Source of the DNA: Anaerolineae bacterium
GTDB taxonomy: Bacteria; Chloroflexota; Anaerolineae; B4-G1
DNA length: 60,083 nt
Direction of reading: 5' to 3'
NCBI GenBank assembly: GCA_034435075.1
Contig: DAOTYA010000045.1
Span: 1-60,083 of the forward strand
Positions 25,059 to 34,794 of the stretch are shown here, one piece after another. The position numbers and the translations under genes are program-made. The first letter of the stretch is position 1. Each line of letters opens with the position of its first letter. The notes below the pieces were generated by a model that was given only the letters and a program-made list of their open reading frames with translations, had not been told where the DNA came from and made no database searches.

Positions 25059-28000
25059 ATGATCCACACCATACGCTGGACAGCCGATAAAATCGCCGGG
25101 CGTCTCGCGCTTATCGAGCCTCTGGTATACCGCGAGCGCCACCCCATTCCACCTTTCCGCCACACCAGGCTGGAAAATCCACTGCTCCCTCCTCCGGTTG
25201 GGCCAGAGGTGATAGACGCCGACTGGCCGGTAATCCAACCCAACACATATTGGGGTGAGTGGATGACCGATTTCACGCTCCGCACCTCGTTTCAGGTACC
25301 CGTCGAATGGGAACCTGACCTTCCTGTAGCGCTCTATCTGCCCCTGGGTGAGGCGGGCGATTTCAGCCATCCGGAGTTCCTGGCCTACGTGGACGGCAGG
25401 CCGTATGCCGCCTGTGACCGGCACCACCAGGAGATAATTTTGTCCCCTCAATGGCGTGATGGTCAGCCACACCTCCTTGCCCTGCACGGCTGGACAGGGC
25501 TGGGAGGCCTGCGCTTCGGGGAGCCGGCCCTCAAGTTATTTATGCGCCCGTGTGCAGTTGTTTTGATAGACCAGCCCACCCGTGACTTCATTGCCACCGC
25601 TCGCGTCGCTCTGGGTGTGGCCAATTGCCTGGATGAGCACCATCCGGCTAAAGGACACCTGCTCAATGCCCTCGACGAGGCATTTAAAGTCCTGGATACC
25701 CGTTATCCTTTTGGCCCGTCATTCTATGCCAGCGTGCCCGCAGCCCATGCTGTGCTGAAAGAGGGCATCGCCAGGGCGGGCGCGGCGCTTGATGTGGAAA
25801 TCATTGCCACTGGCCACGCTCACATAGATGTGGCCTGGCTATGGACCCTGGCCCAGACCAGGCGTAAGAGCGGGCGCACTTTCTACAATGTTCTGCGGCT
25901 GATGGAACAATTCCCCGAGTTCCATTACACCCAGAGTCAGGCTCAACTGTACGACTATGTGCGGCAGGATTACCCGGAGCTGTTTGAGGAGATCAAACAA
26001 CGTGTCGCCGAGGGCCGCTGGGAGCCGATCGGCGGGACCTGGGTGGAGATGGATTGTAACGTCAGCGGCGCCGAATCGCTGGCCCGTCAGTTTTTGCTGG
26101 GCCGGACATTTTTCCGCACCCACTTCGGCCCGCAGGCCGAATCGCCTGTGCTATGGCTGCCCGATGTCTTCGGTTACTGCTGGACGCTCCCACAGTTGAT
26201 CAAACAGGCCGGCCTGAAATACTTTATGACCACCAAGATCGGTTGGAACCAGTACAACCGCCTGCCCTATGATACCTTCTGGTGGCAGGGACTTGACGGC
26301 ACCCGGGTCCTGACCCACTTTATCTGCACGCCCGGCGGCGATGGTCACTGGGTCAGCACTTATAACGGCGATGCCTCGCCAGCACAGATCATCGGCACAT
26401 GGAGGACCTTTCAGCAGAAAGAGCTGCATCAGCAGTTGTTGACCTCATTTGGCTACGGCGATGGCGGTGGCGGCCCCACCCGCGAAATGCTGGAAAACCT
26501 GCGGGAGATGAGCAACTTTCCGGCCACGCCGCGCGTGCGACAGGGAGCCGCAGGTGACTTCTTCCGTGAACTGGAGGCTTCCGCCGGGGAACGCCTGCCC
26601 GTCTGGAACGGCGAGCTGTATCTGGAATATCATAGAGGCACATATACCACCCAGAGTCGCAACAAACGGGCCAATCGCAAAAGCGAGTTCCTGCTCCACG
26701 ATGCCGAATTCCTGGCTGCCCTCGCCGCTCTGGTGAACCAGGAGTACACCTACCCTGCTGAGACGCTGCGTAAAGCCTGGGAGCTGGTGTGCCTGAACCA
26801 ATTCCACGACATTCTGCCCGGTAGCAGTATCGGGCCGGTCTACGCCGAATCGCTTCAGCAGTACGCCTGGGTGCAGGAGCAGGCGCGGGCCGTCCGCGAT
26901 GCCGCCTTATCGGCCATCTCCGACAGGATGGGTGGCGACCTGCTCGTCGTCAACCCCACGAGCTTCAGCCGCGACGACCTGGCCTTCTGGCCGGGCCGGT
27001 TGGAGGCGGGACAGGCATTGTCCCTGGCTGATGGGACCCCCGTACCCATCCAGCTTGTTGCGGATGGGACGCTACTGGCAGCCGGTACGCTGTTGCCATA
27101 CAGCGTCACTCCGCTCTTTGTCACGCCAGGTGAAGCTTCGCTGCCGGACACTGGCCTGACGATAACTCCCAATCTGCTGGAAAACTCATATCTGCGGGTG
27201 GAGCTGAACGATGAAGGCGACATCGTGCGCATCCACGATAAGGTCAACCAGCGTGAGGTGCTGCCACCCGGCGCCATCGCCAACCAGTTCCAGGCCTTCG
27301 AGGACCGACCTGTCAGCTTTGATGCCTGGGACATAGATATCTTCTTCGATGACAAAATGTGGCTGGCCGGCCCGGCTGAGTCAGTACAGGTGGTGGAGAG
27401 TGGCCCTCTGCGCGCTACCCTGGAGGTACGGCGCACCATCCTGCACAGCCGGTACGTGCAGCGTATCTCACTCTCCTGGAACAGCCCACGCCTCGACTTC
27501 GAGACCTCTATTGACTGGCAGGAACGTGCCGTGTTGCTCAAAGCCGCCTTTCCGGTGGATATTCTCGCACCGGAGGCCACCTGCGAGATCCAATGGGGAA
27601 ACGTGACGCGTCCCACGCACCGCAATACCAGTTGGGACTGGGCACGTTTTGAGGTGTGCGCCCAGAAGTGGGTGGACCTGAGCGAGGGTGATTACGGCGT
27701 CAGCCTGTTGAATGACTGCAAGTATGGCCATGATGTCCGGGAGAACGTGATCCGCATCACCCTGCTGCGTGGCACCACCCTTCCCGATCCCCAGGCCGAT
27801 TGGGGCGAGCATACCTTTGCCTGCAGCCTGCTCCCCCATGCCGGCGCGTTAGGCGAGACGACGCTCGCTGCCGCCTATGCCCTGAACGACCCCCTGATTG
27901 TGGCACAGGGACGGGGGAGTAAGAAGGGTGTGCCGCTCTCGTTCATATCCACGGACCGCCCAAACGTCATTGTGGAGACCATCAAGCGAGCCGAGGATGG

Positions 28001-28208
28001 TAACGGCATCATCGTGCGTCTCTACGAGGGGCTGCGGCGGCGAGGGCCGCTCACACTGACCACCTGCTTCGACCTGGCCGGGGCCTGGCAGACCAACCTG
28101 CTGGAGGAGAACCAGGATGCCTTACAGCCAACAGGGCGACAGGTCTCATTGTCCGTGAGGCCTTATCAGATTGTTACGTTACGCCTGGTACCGGCCACAG
28201 GTCAGTAA
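25059..28208 (+). CDS. GH38 alpha-mannosidase
   Basis: Start at MIHTIRW behind AGGAGTGAG. Catalytic-region motif GHAHIDVAWLW. About 1050 aa, typical of bacterial GH38. Confidence 0.9.
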   Translation: MIHTIRWTADKIAGRLALIEPLVYRERHPIPPFRHTRLENPLLPPPVGPEVIDADWPVIQPNTYWGEWMTDFTLRTSFQVPVEWEPDLPVALYLPLGEAGDFSHPEFLAYVDGRPYAACDRHHQEIILSPQWRDGQPHLLALHGWTGLGGLRFGEPALKLFMRPCAVVLIDQPTRDFIATARVALGVANCLDEHHPAKGHLLNALDEAFKVLDTRYPFGPSFYASVPAAHAVLKEGIARAGAALDVEIIATGHAHIDVAWLWTLAQTRRKSGRTFYNVLRLMEQFPEFHYTQSQAQLYDYVRQDYPELFEEIKQRVAEGRWEPIGGTWVEMDCNVSGAESLARQFLLGRTFFRTHFGPQAESPVLWLPDVFGYCWTLPQLIKQAGLKYFMTTKIGWNQYNRLPYDTFWWQGLDGTRVLTHFICTPGGDGHWVSTYNGDASPAQIIGTWRTFQQKELHQQLLTSFGYGDGGGGPTREMLENLREMSNFPATPRVRQGAAGDFFRELEASAGERLPVWNGELYLEYHRGTYTTQSRNKRANRKSEFLLHDAEFLAALAALVNQEYTYPAETLRKAWELVCLNQFHDILPGSSIGPVYAESLQQYAWVQEQARAVRDAALSAISDRMGGDLLVVNPTSFSRDDLAFWPGRLEAGQALSLADGTPVPIQLVADGTLLAAGTLLPYSVTPLFVTPGEASLPDTGLTITPNLLENSYLRVELNDEGDIVRIHDKVNQREVLPPGAIANQFQAFEDRPVSFDAWDIDIFFDDKMWLAGPAESVQVVESGPLRATLEVRRTILHSRYVQRISLSWNSPRLDFETSIDWQERAVLLKAAFPVDILAPEATCEIQWGNVTRPTHRNTSWDWARFEVCAQKWVDLSEGDYGVSLLNDCKYGHDVRENVIRITLLRGTTLPDPQADWGEHTFACSLLPHAGALGETTLAAAYALNDPLIVAQGRGSKKGVPLSFISTDRPNVIVETIKRAEDGNGIIVRLYEGLRRRGPLTLTTCFDLAGAWQTNLLEENQDALQPTGRQVSLSVRPYQIVTLRLVPATGQ

Positions 28209-28222
28209 TCGGTGACTTCAGC

Positions 28223-28294
28223 TTAGAGCCTATCCGAAAAACCGTACAAACGGCATCCCTATGCCGCTTATACAGACGCATCCCTATGCGTCGG
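28223..28294 (-). repeat. CR1 truncated/chimeric copy D
   Basis: Left outer arm plus both hairpins. The second hairpin loop is CCCT where AGGG is expected for this orientation. The right outer arm is replaced by the SR5 module. Confidence 0.85.
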
Positions 28295-28297
28295 TAT

Positions 28298-28348
28298 ACA
28301 ACCGCACTTCCCCGTTTTGAAGGGTCAGAGGTGACTGTCACCTTGGGC
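28298..28348 (+). repeat. SR5 module ACAACCGCACTTCCCCGTTTTGAAGGGTCAGAGGTGACTGTCACCTTGGGC
   Basis: Second copy at 40107-40157. Contains the GGTGAC-T-GTCACC palindrome. Confidence 0.85.
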
Positions 28349-28385
28349 ACCTCGCGTCACAGGTATCCAGGAAGCCCGGGCTGGA

Positions 28386-29492
28386 GTGAATATGCTTGCT
28401 TCCCTGTCCAAAGTTCCTGTAACCGACAGAGTGCGAGCGTCGTCTGGTTTCGCGCTGGGGCTTGTGGTCATGTTTTGCGCCGTGCGCGTTTTCACTGTGA
28501 ACAGCTTTGACTTCGAGAATATGCAGCGCGGCCTGCGGCTGATCGTCCAGGGCGTAAATCCCTGGGCAGCGGCAACGCGTATCCCCCATTTCTACAACCC
28601 GCCCTACGCAATTCTGTTTCTGTGGCCCATGCTTTTCTTGACCCCTAAAGTTTACATTGTGGTCGGCGGTGCTCTGCTTTTTGCCTTTATCTTTTACCGC
28701 AAGGCCTGGGTAGCACTTGCCTGGTTTGCCACCAACACGGCGCTGTGGCTTGTGGCAGCGGGTGGGATTGACATGTTCGTGATGGGAGCAGGGCTTTTGC
28801 TCCTGGCAGCGGGAGACAGAACACAGAACAGGTGGGCTGCATTGCTATGGCGTGTCCTGGCCTATGGACTGCTGATGATCAAACCACAGGGTGGCTGTTT
28901 CATCGTCGCCCTGTACATCATTATGCGTCGTGACTGGAAGGGTTTGCTGGCATCAGTGCTCGTATACGGCCTGCCTTTTATAGCACTCTATCCGGACTGG
29001 ATGCGGGTGCTCCTGAGCGATCCGCCGCGCTCGCAGATGGTAGCCTCGCATACCATATGGGCCAAATACGGACCGGCCGTTGCCGGGCTGATAGCGCTGG
29101 GCGTACTGGTTTCAAGGAAGTGGAAATACTGGCAACTCGGCGGGGCGCTGGCGGGTATTATGACCCCTTACGGCATGCCTGGAGTACCAATATTGCTCAT
29201 CCTGTCCGGAGTGCGAAGGCTGGCAGCGATACCGATATTCGTGCTTTACTCCGCGTGTCTGGCAGTGCTGACGTGGGTAACTCCACCGGCCGGTGTGGAT
29301 TTCTACGAGTACATCAGCCCCCTGATGGCGATCTACCATTTGAGCATGCTGGGATTGGCCCTGGTGCTGGCCTGCCTTTCTGGAGATGAAAGCGAAGATG
29401 CCGACACCATCGCTCTCGGAGACAGGGTAAAACGGTGCCTGTGGTCTCTGGTACGTTCAATCTTGAGACGGTCTGGCAAAACCGGTGCGTAG
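28386..29492 (+). CDS. polytopic membrane protein, GT-C / DUF2029 (GT87)-like
   Basis: About 9 hydrophobic helices and an early loop pattern FDFENM..G.NPW....HFYNPPYAILFLWP resembling DUF2029 glycosyltransferases. Follows the GH38 gene. Confidence 0.5.
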   Translation: MNMLASLSKVPVTDRVRASSGFALGLVVMFCAVRVFTVNSFDFENMQRGLRLIVQGVNPWAAATRIPHFYNPPYAILFLWPMLFLTPKVYIVVGGALLFAFIFYRKAWVALAWFATNTALWLVAAGGIDMFVMGAGLLLLAAGDRTQNRWAALLWRVLAYGLLMIKPQGGCFIVALYIIMRRDWKGLLASVLVYGLPFIALYPDWMRVLLSDPPRSQMVASHTIWAKYGPAVAGLIALGVLVSRKWKYWQLGGALAGIMTPYGMPGVPILLILSGVRRLAAIPIFVLYSACLAVLTWVTPPAGVDFYEYISPLMAIYHLSMLGLALVLACLSGDESEDADTIALGDRVKRCLWSLVRSILRRSGKTGA

Positions 29493-29518
29493 CCCGCCAG
29501 TGGATCGCACCACGTATC

Positions 29519-30643
29519 CTAATCCAGACGCCGATTCAGCGTGCTCACCGCTATCCCGGCTACCAAAGCCCCCATCACCAACATCGCCAGGGTGTGGGGC
29601 CATAACGTGTCCCACCCGGCCCCCTTGAGCATCACCCCGCGGATGATCGCCAGGTAATGGCGAAATGGGACGATCTCCGCAATGGCCCGTAACCCGGGGG
29701 GGAGGTTCTTAACCCGTACCAGGTAGCCAGAGAAGGCCATATCCACCATCGCCAGGACAAAGACCAGGAGTACAGCCTGCTGTTGAGTACGGGCAATGCC
29801 GGAGATAAGCATACCGTAGCAGATCTCAACGGCGATAAACAGCGCGGTCAGCCCGCACAGCAGTGCGACGGAGCCGCGCATCGGCAGACCAAAGCCGTGG
29901 ATCGCCACCGCCAGGATGATGGCAAAGTTTAGCAACCCGATCACCAGGGCTGGGATGGCTTTGCCGATGAGCAGCTCAGCGCGCCCCAGGGGCATCACCA
30001 GCAGTTGCTCCAATGTGCCCAATTCGCGCTCGCGTGCCAGACCGATGGACGCAACCACCAGCGTTACCTGGTAGACGATGAAGCCCACCTGCGCCGAAAT
30101 AGCGAAGAAACGGAGATTGAGCGCCGGGTTGAAGTAGATCGCCGTGCGCAGATCAATGACCGGCGGGGTATTCCTGGTGCGGATGCCGGCCTTCCTGGCC
30201 ATGTCTGCGCTGAAGCTGGCGACCGCTTCCTGAGCTGCGGCAAGCGCAATGCGTCCCACGACGCTGTTCGCAGCATCACCGACAATCTCAATGGTGGCCC
30301 GACGCCCAGGAGCTGCGAGAGCGGAGGAGAAATCGGGCGGGATCACAACGGAGAGCGCTGCCTCTCCCTGGTCAAGCAGAGCGTGTGTTTCGGCCAGCGT
30401 GGCCGAGAGACGACAGACGTTCAGCTCGCGCCGGTTGTCGAGCGTTGTGATCATCTGCCTGCTGGCGGCGGAGTGATCGAGATCGAGCACGGCAACACAT
30501 AGCCCGGAGATGCGTGAACCGGTGGATTGTGCCAGCAGCACAAGCTGCACGACGGGCAACGTGAGGATAAAGATCGCCATCAGCCGGTCACGTGCGAACT
30601 GTCTGAGTTCCTTGTGCACCAGGTTCGAGATACGCAGGAACAT
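29519..30643 (-). CDS. ABC-2 type transporter permease (YhhJ/YbhR-like)
   Basis: N-terminal helix, a large extracytoplasmic loop, then 5 C-terminal helices; MFLRISNLVHKELRQFARDR is typical. No ATPase gene is adjacent. Confidence 0.8.
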   Translation of the reverse strand: MFLRISNLVHKELRQFARDRLMAIFILTLPVVQLVLLAQSTGSRISGLCVAVLDLDHSAASRQMITTLDNRRELNVCRLSATLAETHALLDQGEAALSVVIPPDFSSALAAPGRRATIEIVGDAANSVVGRIALAAAQEAVASFSADMARKAGIRTRNTPPVIDLRTAIYFNPALNLRFFAISAQVGFIVYQVTLVVASIGLARERELGTLEQLLVMPLGRAELLIGKAIPALVIGLLNFAIILAVAIHGFGLPMRGSVALLCGLTALFIAVEICYGMLISGIARTQQQAVLLVFVLAMVDMAFSGYLVRVKNLPPGLRAIAEIVPFRHYLAIIRGVMLKGAGWDTLWPHTLAMLVMGALVAGIAVSTLNRRLD

Positions 30644-30658
30644 AAATTAGCTCAATCA

Positions 30659-31975
30659 TCACAGACGTGCGAAGAAATCTGCGAAAGCCTCCACCATATA
30701 GCTGATACGTGCCTCATCCAGGCCAGGGTAGACGCCGACAAAGAAAGATGATCGCAGGACGATGTTGGAGTTGGCCAGCTCTCCTGCAACCCGGTGCTCG
30801 ATGTGTCGGTAGCCAGGCTGGCGGACGATGTTGCCGGCAAAAAGGAGGCGGGTCTCGATATTGCGCTCCTCAAGAAAAGCGGTCAGCTCGCGGCGTGTGA
30901 AGGGCGCGCCCGGGCGGACGGTGAGAGGAAAAGCGAACCAGGCCGGATCAGCCCGCTCGCTCCATACAGGGAGGATCAGGAACTCCTCGTATGGCTTAAG
31001 TCCCTCGTAGAGGCGGGCAAAGTTATCCTTGCGCGCAGCGATGAAAGCGGGCAGTTTTTCCAGTTGGGCCAGCCCGATAGCTGCTTGAATATCGGTCATT
31101 TTCAAATTGTAGCCGATCTCCACGAACAGATAGCGATGATCGTATGGCTCATCAAGCCCGGGGATGTCCCACTCGAAACGCCTGCCGCATTCCCCTTCCG
31201 GGGGACTGTCGTGCTGACAGTGGCAATCGCGTCCCCAGTCACGCAGGCTCTCGGCGATGCGACATAGCGTTGTGTTGTCGGTAACGATGGCACCTCCTTC
31301 GCCGGTGGTGATGTGATGGGCCGGATAGAAGCTTAGTGTGCCCATATCCCCAAAGGTACCCACCGGGCGTCCATCGTATGTGGAGCCGAGAGCGTCACAG
31401 GTATCCTCGATTATGTAGAGGCCATAGGTGCGGGCAAAATCGAGCACCGGGGCCATCTCCACAGGATTGCCCAGGGTGTGGGCAAAGCAAATGGCACGCG
31501 TGCGTTCTGAAAGGGCCGGCTCCAATTGCGCAGGGTCCAGGTTATAAGTGCCCAGTGTGCAGTCAACAAATACCGGGACCAGCCTGTTTTGCACTATAGG
31601 CGCTACCGTGGTGGAGAATCCGGTCGCCGGCGTGATCACCTCATCGCCTGGCTGCAGGGGGCGTTCCAGACGACGGGAGCACAGCGCGCTTATCGCCACC
31701 AGGTTGGCCGAGGAGCCGGAGTTGAGCGCGAGCGCGTAGCGTGAGCCGAGAATGTTTGCCAGCCTTTCCTCAAACGCGCGCGCACGCGGTCCAGCAGTGA
31801 GCCAGAAATCCAGCACGGCCTCGGTAGCGTTGATCAGTTCACGCTCATCATAGACCCGGCCGCCGTAATTGATACGTGTCTGGCCGGGTACGAAAGGGCG
31901 GTTAGCATGAGCCAGGCGGTAGTACTCGGCTACTCTGGCGAGAATCTCACCACGCAACTGGCCAGGATCGCTCAC
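30659..31975 (-). CDS. rfbH: CDP-4-keto-6-deoxyglucose 3-dehydrase (E1, RfbH/DdhC-type DegT-fold enzyme)
   Basis: DegT-fold protein with the PLP-Lys position occupied by His (SFYPAHHITTGEGG) and a Cys cluster (RDCHCQHDSPPEGEC), both E1 hallmarks. Confidence 0.82.
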   Translation of the reverse strand: MSDPGQLRGEILARVAEYYRLAHANRPFVPGQTRINYGGRVYDERELINATEAVLDFWLTAGPRARAFEERLANILGSRYALALNSGSSANLVAISALCSRRLERPLQPGDEVITPATGFSTTVAPIVQNRLVPVFVDCTLGTYNLDPAQLEPALSERTRAICFAHTLGNPVEMAPVLDFARTYGLYIIEDTCDALGSTYDGRPVGTFGDMGTLSFYPAHHITTGEGGAIVTDNTTLCRIAESLRDWGRDCHCQHDSPPEGECGRRFEWDIPGLDEPYDHRYLFVEIGYNLKMTDIQAAIGLAQLEKLPAFIAARKDNFARLYEGLKPYEEFLILPVWSERADPAWFAFPLTVRPGAPFTRRELTAFLEERNIETRLLFAGNIVRQPGYRHIEHRVAGELANSNIVLRSSFFVGVYPGLDEARISYMVEAFADFFARL

Positions 31976-32918
31976 CTCTCAGCACTCCTTCCAACCATGC
32001 GATAGTACGGGGCAACCCCACTTCATAAAGTCTGATCCGCGCTCGCCATCCTGTCAGGCTTGCAGTGCGGTCGGCGGCGGCGCGCAGGGACATCACGGTG
32101 GCAGGCCGGTAGGGCAGCGCACCGACCAGGATGCGCCCCTTTGCACTCGTCAGCGCCCAGATGTGCTCAACCACCTGGCGCACTTTGTGTACCTGCCCTG
32201 TACCAAGGTCAAGGCTCTGCCCTTCAATACCCTCGGCTCTGGCGACGGCCAGCACTCCTTCTACCAGATCGTCTACGTAAATGAAATCGCGCTCCTGCTC
32301 ACCCTGTGTCATTGGAAAGTCCTCGCCGCTGAGAGCGGCCCGGATGGCTGCCGGGATCAGCGTGTGGAAAGGCTGCCCCGGGCCATAGACCTGAAACGGG
32401 CGCACCGTGACGACAGGCAGGCCGTGCTCCCGCCAGCAGGCCCTTCCGAACGCCCAGGCTGCCACCTTCGAGGCGGAGTAGACATTGAACGGATCAAGGC
32501 CTTCAGTGGTCTCTCGTGCTCCGTACTCGTATGAGGAGCCGGTCAGTACCACACGCCGCAGGCCGGGGCGGCCTTTAAGCGCCTCGAGCAGGTTGAGTAC
32601 ACCGCCTACATTTACAGCGAGCGCCAGTGACGGCTCTACGGCCTGGTCCGTCACGCCGACAGCAGCCAGATGAAAGACAAGCTCTGGCGCGCTCTCTTCA
32701 ACAGCAGCGCGCACTGCTGCGGGGTCGCGTATATCAAAGGCCAATGTGTGTACCAGGGGCGGCAGCATGGCACTTTGCTGTCTGGCCTCGTTCGGGGCCA
32801 CACCAGCGTAGACACTCGCTCCGGCCTGGCTCAGACGCACTGCCAGATGACGTCCAATGAAACCGCCTGCTCCGGTAATCAGAACCCGCGCGTGCAACTC
32901 AGGAACTCCCGATACCAT
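31947..32918 (-). CDS. NAD-dependent epimerase/dehydratase-family reductase (CDP-dideoxyhexose 4-reductase candidate)
   Basis: VLITGAGGFIGRHL Rossmann motif and YSASK catalytic motif. The ATG at 32918 overlaps the rfbG end by 40 nt; an internal TTG at 32897 is possible. Confidence 0.78.
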   Translation of the reverse strand: MVSGVPELHARVLITGAGGFIGRHLAVRLSQAGASVYAGVAPNEARQQSAMLPPLVHTLAFDIRDPAAVRAAVEESAPELVFHLAAVGVTDQAVEPSLALAVNVGGVLNLLEALKGRPGLRRVVLTGSSYEYGARETTEGLDPFNVYSASKVAAWAFGRACWREHGLPVVTVRPFQVYGPGQPFHTLIPAAIRAALSGEDFPMTQGEQERDFIYVDDLVEGVLAVARAEGIEGQSLDLGTGQVHKVRQVVEHIWALTSAKGRILVGALPYRPATVMSLRAAADRTASLTGWRARIRLYEVGLPRTIAWLEGVLRGERSWPVAW

Positions 32919-33877
32919 TGCATCGCCTCTCGTAATCCCTCTTCGAGCGTGTAATGCGGTTGCCAGCCTAAAATCCGCCGCGCTTTGCTGCTATCCAGAT
33001 ATTGGGCCGGTATCTCGTTCCGTGCCTCTCCCAGCACAATCGGCTCCAGCTCCGGATGATCGGATACCGCGATGATGGTCTGCACGATCTCTAACACCGA
33101 CCTGGGGGCGTCGGTCCCGAAGTTGAACGCCTCTCCTCTTACCTCCGGCCGCTCCAGGTTCATCGCGAGCGTCAGGTAAGCGTGCACTGCATCCCGGACG
33201 TAGAGGTAATCGCGGATCATCGTGCCATCGGAGCGGATGACGGGGCGCTCGCCAAGGAGGACACTGCGGATCGTGCCAGGGAACACGCGGCTCCAGTTCA
33301 AATCTCCGCCACCGTAGAGATTGGCACAGCGCGTGACCGCCAGAGGAAGGTTATAAGTGGCATAATAGGTGCGGGCGATCAGCTCAGCACAGGACTTGGA
33401 GACATCATAGGGATAGCAGGCCCGCAGGGGGGTATCTTCTGTGTAAGGGAGCTTTTCATGTACGCCATAGGCCTTGTCGGAAGAGGCGATAAGGACACGC
33501 CCAACTTTGGGCGAGCGGCGGGCTGCCTCCAGTAAAGTCCAGGTGCCTTTAACATTGGTCTCGAACGTAGAAAGAGGGGCCCGGTTGGCGATGGTCACGA
33601 TGGTTTGAGCTGCGAGATGGAAGATTGTATCAATCTCGTACTCATTCAGCACCCGTTCCATACACGCGTAGTCGGTCACGTCTCCCCGCACAAGCGAGAT
33701 ACGTTCTGTATAGCCCGACCGACGCAGGTGGGAGAAGGGCACCTGGTCACGGACCAATCCCACGACGCTGGCTCCTGCATCCACCAGCGCGATGGTCAGC
33801 CACGAACCCAGGAATCCACAACAGCCGGTGACCAGCACGGGCCTGTCGAGCCAGAAAGAATTGTGTTCCACATCCAC
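32879..33877 (-). CDS. rfbG: CDP-glucose 4,6-dehydratase
   Basis: PVLVTGCCGFLGSWL, YDVSK, and the overall RfbG length and pattern. Confidence 0.87.
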   Translation of the reverse strand: MDVEHNSFWLDRPVLVTGCCGFLGSWLTIALVDAGASVVGLVRDQVPFSHLRRSGYTERISLVRGDVTDYACMERVLNEYEIDTIFHLAAQTIVTIANRAPLSTFETNVKGTWTLLEAARRSPKVGRVLIASSDKAYGVHEKLPYTEDTPLRACYPYDVSKSCAELIARTYYATYNLPLAVTRCANLYGGGDLNWSRVFPGTIRSVLLGERPVIRSDGTMIRDYLYVRDAVHAYLTLAMNLERPEVRGEAFNFGTDAPRSVLEIVQTIIAVSDHPELEPIVLGEARNEIPAQYLDSSKARRILGWQPHYTLEEGLREAMQWYREFLSCTRGF

Positions 33878-33903
33878 CTCGCCGGGTAACTACCTGACTG
33901 TAT

Positions 33904-33929
33904 CCTCCCGCAGGTCAGCCTGCGGGAGG
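33904..33929. other. intercistronic 11-bp-stem hairpin between rfbF and rfbG
   Basis: CCTCCCGCAGG-tcag-CCTGCGGGAGG. Confidence 0.5.
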
Positions 33930-33959
33930 GCGGCAGTTAATCGTTAGCGTGTGTTCAGA

Positions 33960-34003
33960 GCCTATCCGAAAAACCGCGCGTCGGTTACGTTTTTCGGATA
34001 GGC
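33960..34003. repeat. CR1 mini-copy (outer stem only)
   Basis: GCCTATCCGAAAAACCGCGCGTCGGTTACGTTTTTCGGATAGGC, starting 3 nt after the rfbF stop. Confidence 0.85.
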
Positions 34004-34005
34004 AC

Positions 34006-34794
34006 TCACTCCCATACCTTCCATGGCGCGCTCTGACGCCACAGATGGTCAAGCTCCAGCGCTTCTTTGAAAGTGTCCATTGAACGCCAGAATCCGGTGT
34101 GACGGTACATCATCAGTTGTCCCTCGGCTGCCAGGCGCGGGAGGGCTTCTCTTTCCAGGTGGACGTCTCCGCCGTTCAGATATTTCAGGACACCGCGCTC
34201 GAACACCATAAAGCCAGCATTGATCCAATGTTCCAGTTGCGGTTTCTGAATAAAACCGGTCACCTGCCCTGACTCATCGGCCTGGAGCAGCCCGTACTGA
34301 AGGCGTGGACGCACACCGGTTACGGTGGCCAGACGGCCATGCTGCCTGTGGAAGGCCAGCAGTGCATCCAGGTTGATGTCACCCACACCGTCACCGTAGG
34401 TGACAAAGAAGGTGGTGGTGTCAATATAGCGGGCCACGCGATAGATGCGGGTGCCCTTCTCCGTATCGAGTCCGGTATCTGCCAGTGTGATCTCCCAGTT
34501 CTCCCGGTTATCAGTGTGGTAGGTGATGCCGGAGGATTCTCCCAGCCTGATGGTGAAATCACCACTCATCGCTTCGTATTCCAGAAAGTAGCGCTTCAGC
34601 GCCTCGGCCTGATGGCCCAGGGTGAGGATGAAACGCGTGTGTCCATAGGCAGCGTAAATCTTCATCACGTGCCAGAGGATAGGACGCCCCCCTACTTCGA
34701 CCAGCTCTTTCTTGGTCGGCGTATCGCCCTGCATGCGGGTGCCCTGTCCGCCGCACAGAATGACCACGGGAAGTGGGCTTTTTTCGTGCTCCAT
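34006..34794 (-). CDS. rfbF: glucose-1-phosphate cytidylyltransferase
   Basis: PVVILCGGQGTRM..KELVEVGGRPILWHVMKIY..; about 260 aa. Confidence 0.9.
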   Translation of the reverse strand: MEHEKSPLPVVILCGGQGTRMQGDTPTKKELVEVGGRPILWHVMKIYAAYGHTRFILTLGHQAEALKRYFLEYEAMSGDFTIRLGESSGITYHTDNRENWEITLADTGLDTEKGTRIYRVARYIDTTTFFVTYGDGVGDINLDALLAFHRQHGRLATVTGVRPRLQYGLLQADESGQVTGFIQKPQLEHWINAGFMVFERGVLKYLNGGDVHLEREALPRLAAEGQLMMYRHTGFWRSMDTFKEALELDHLWRQSAPWKVWE

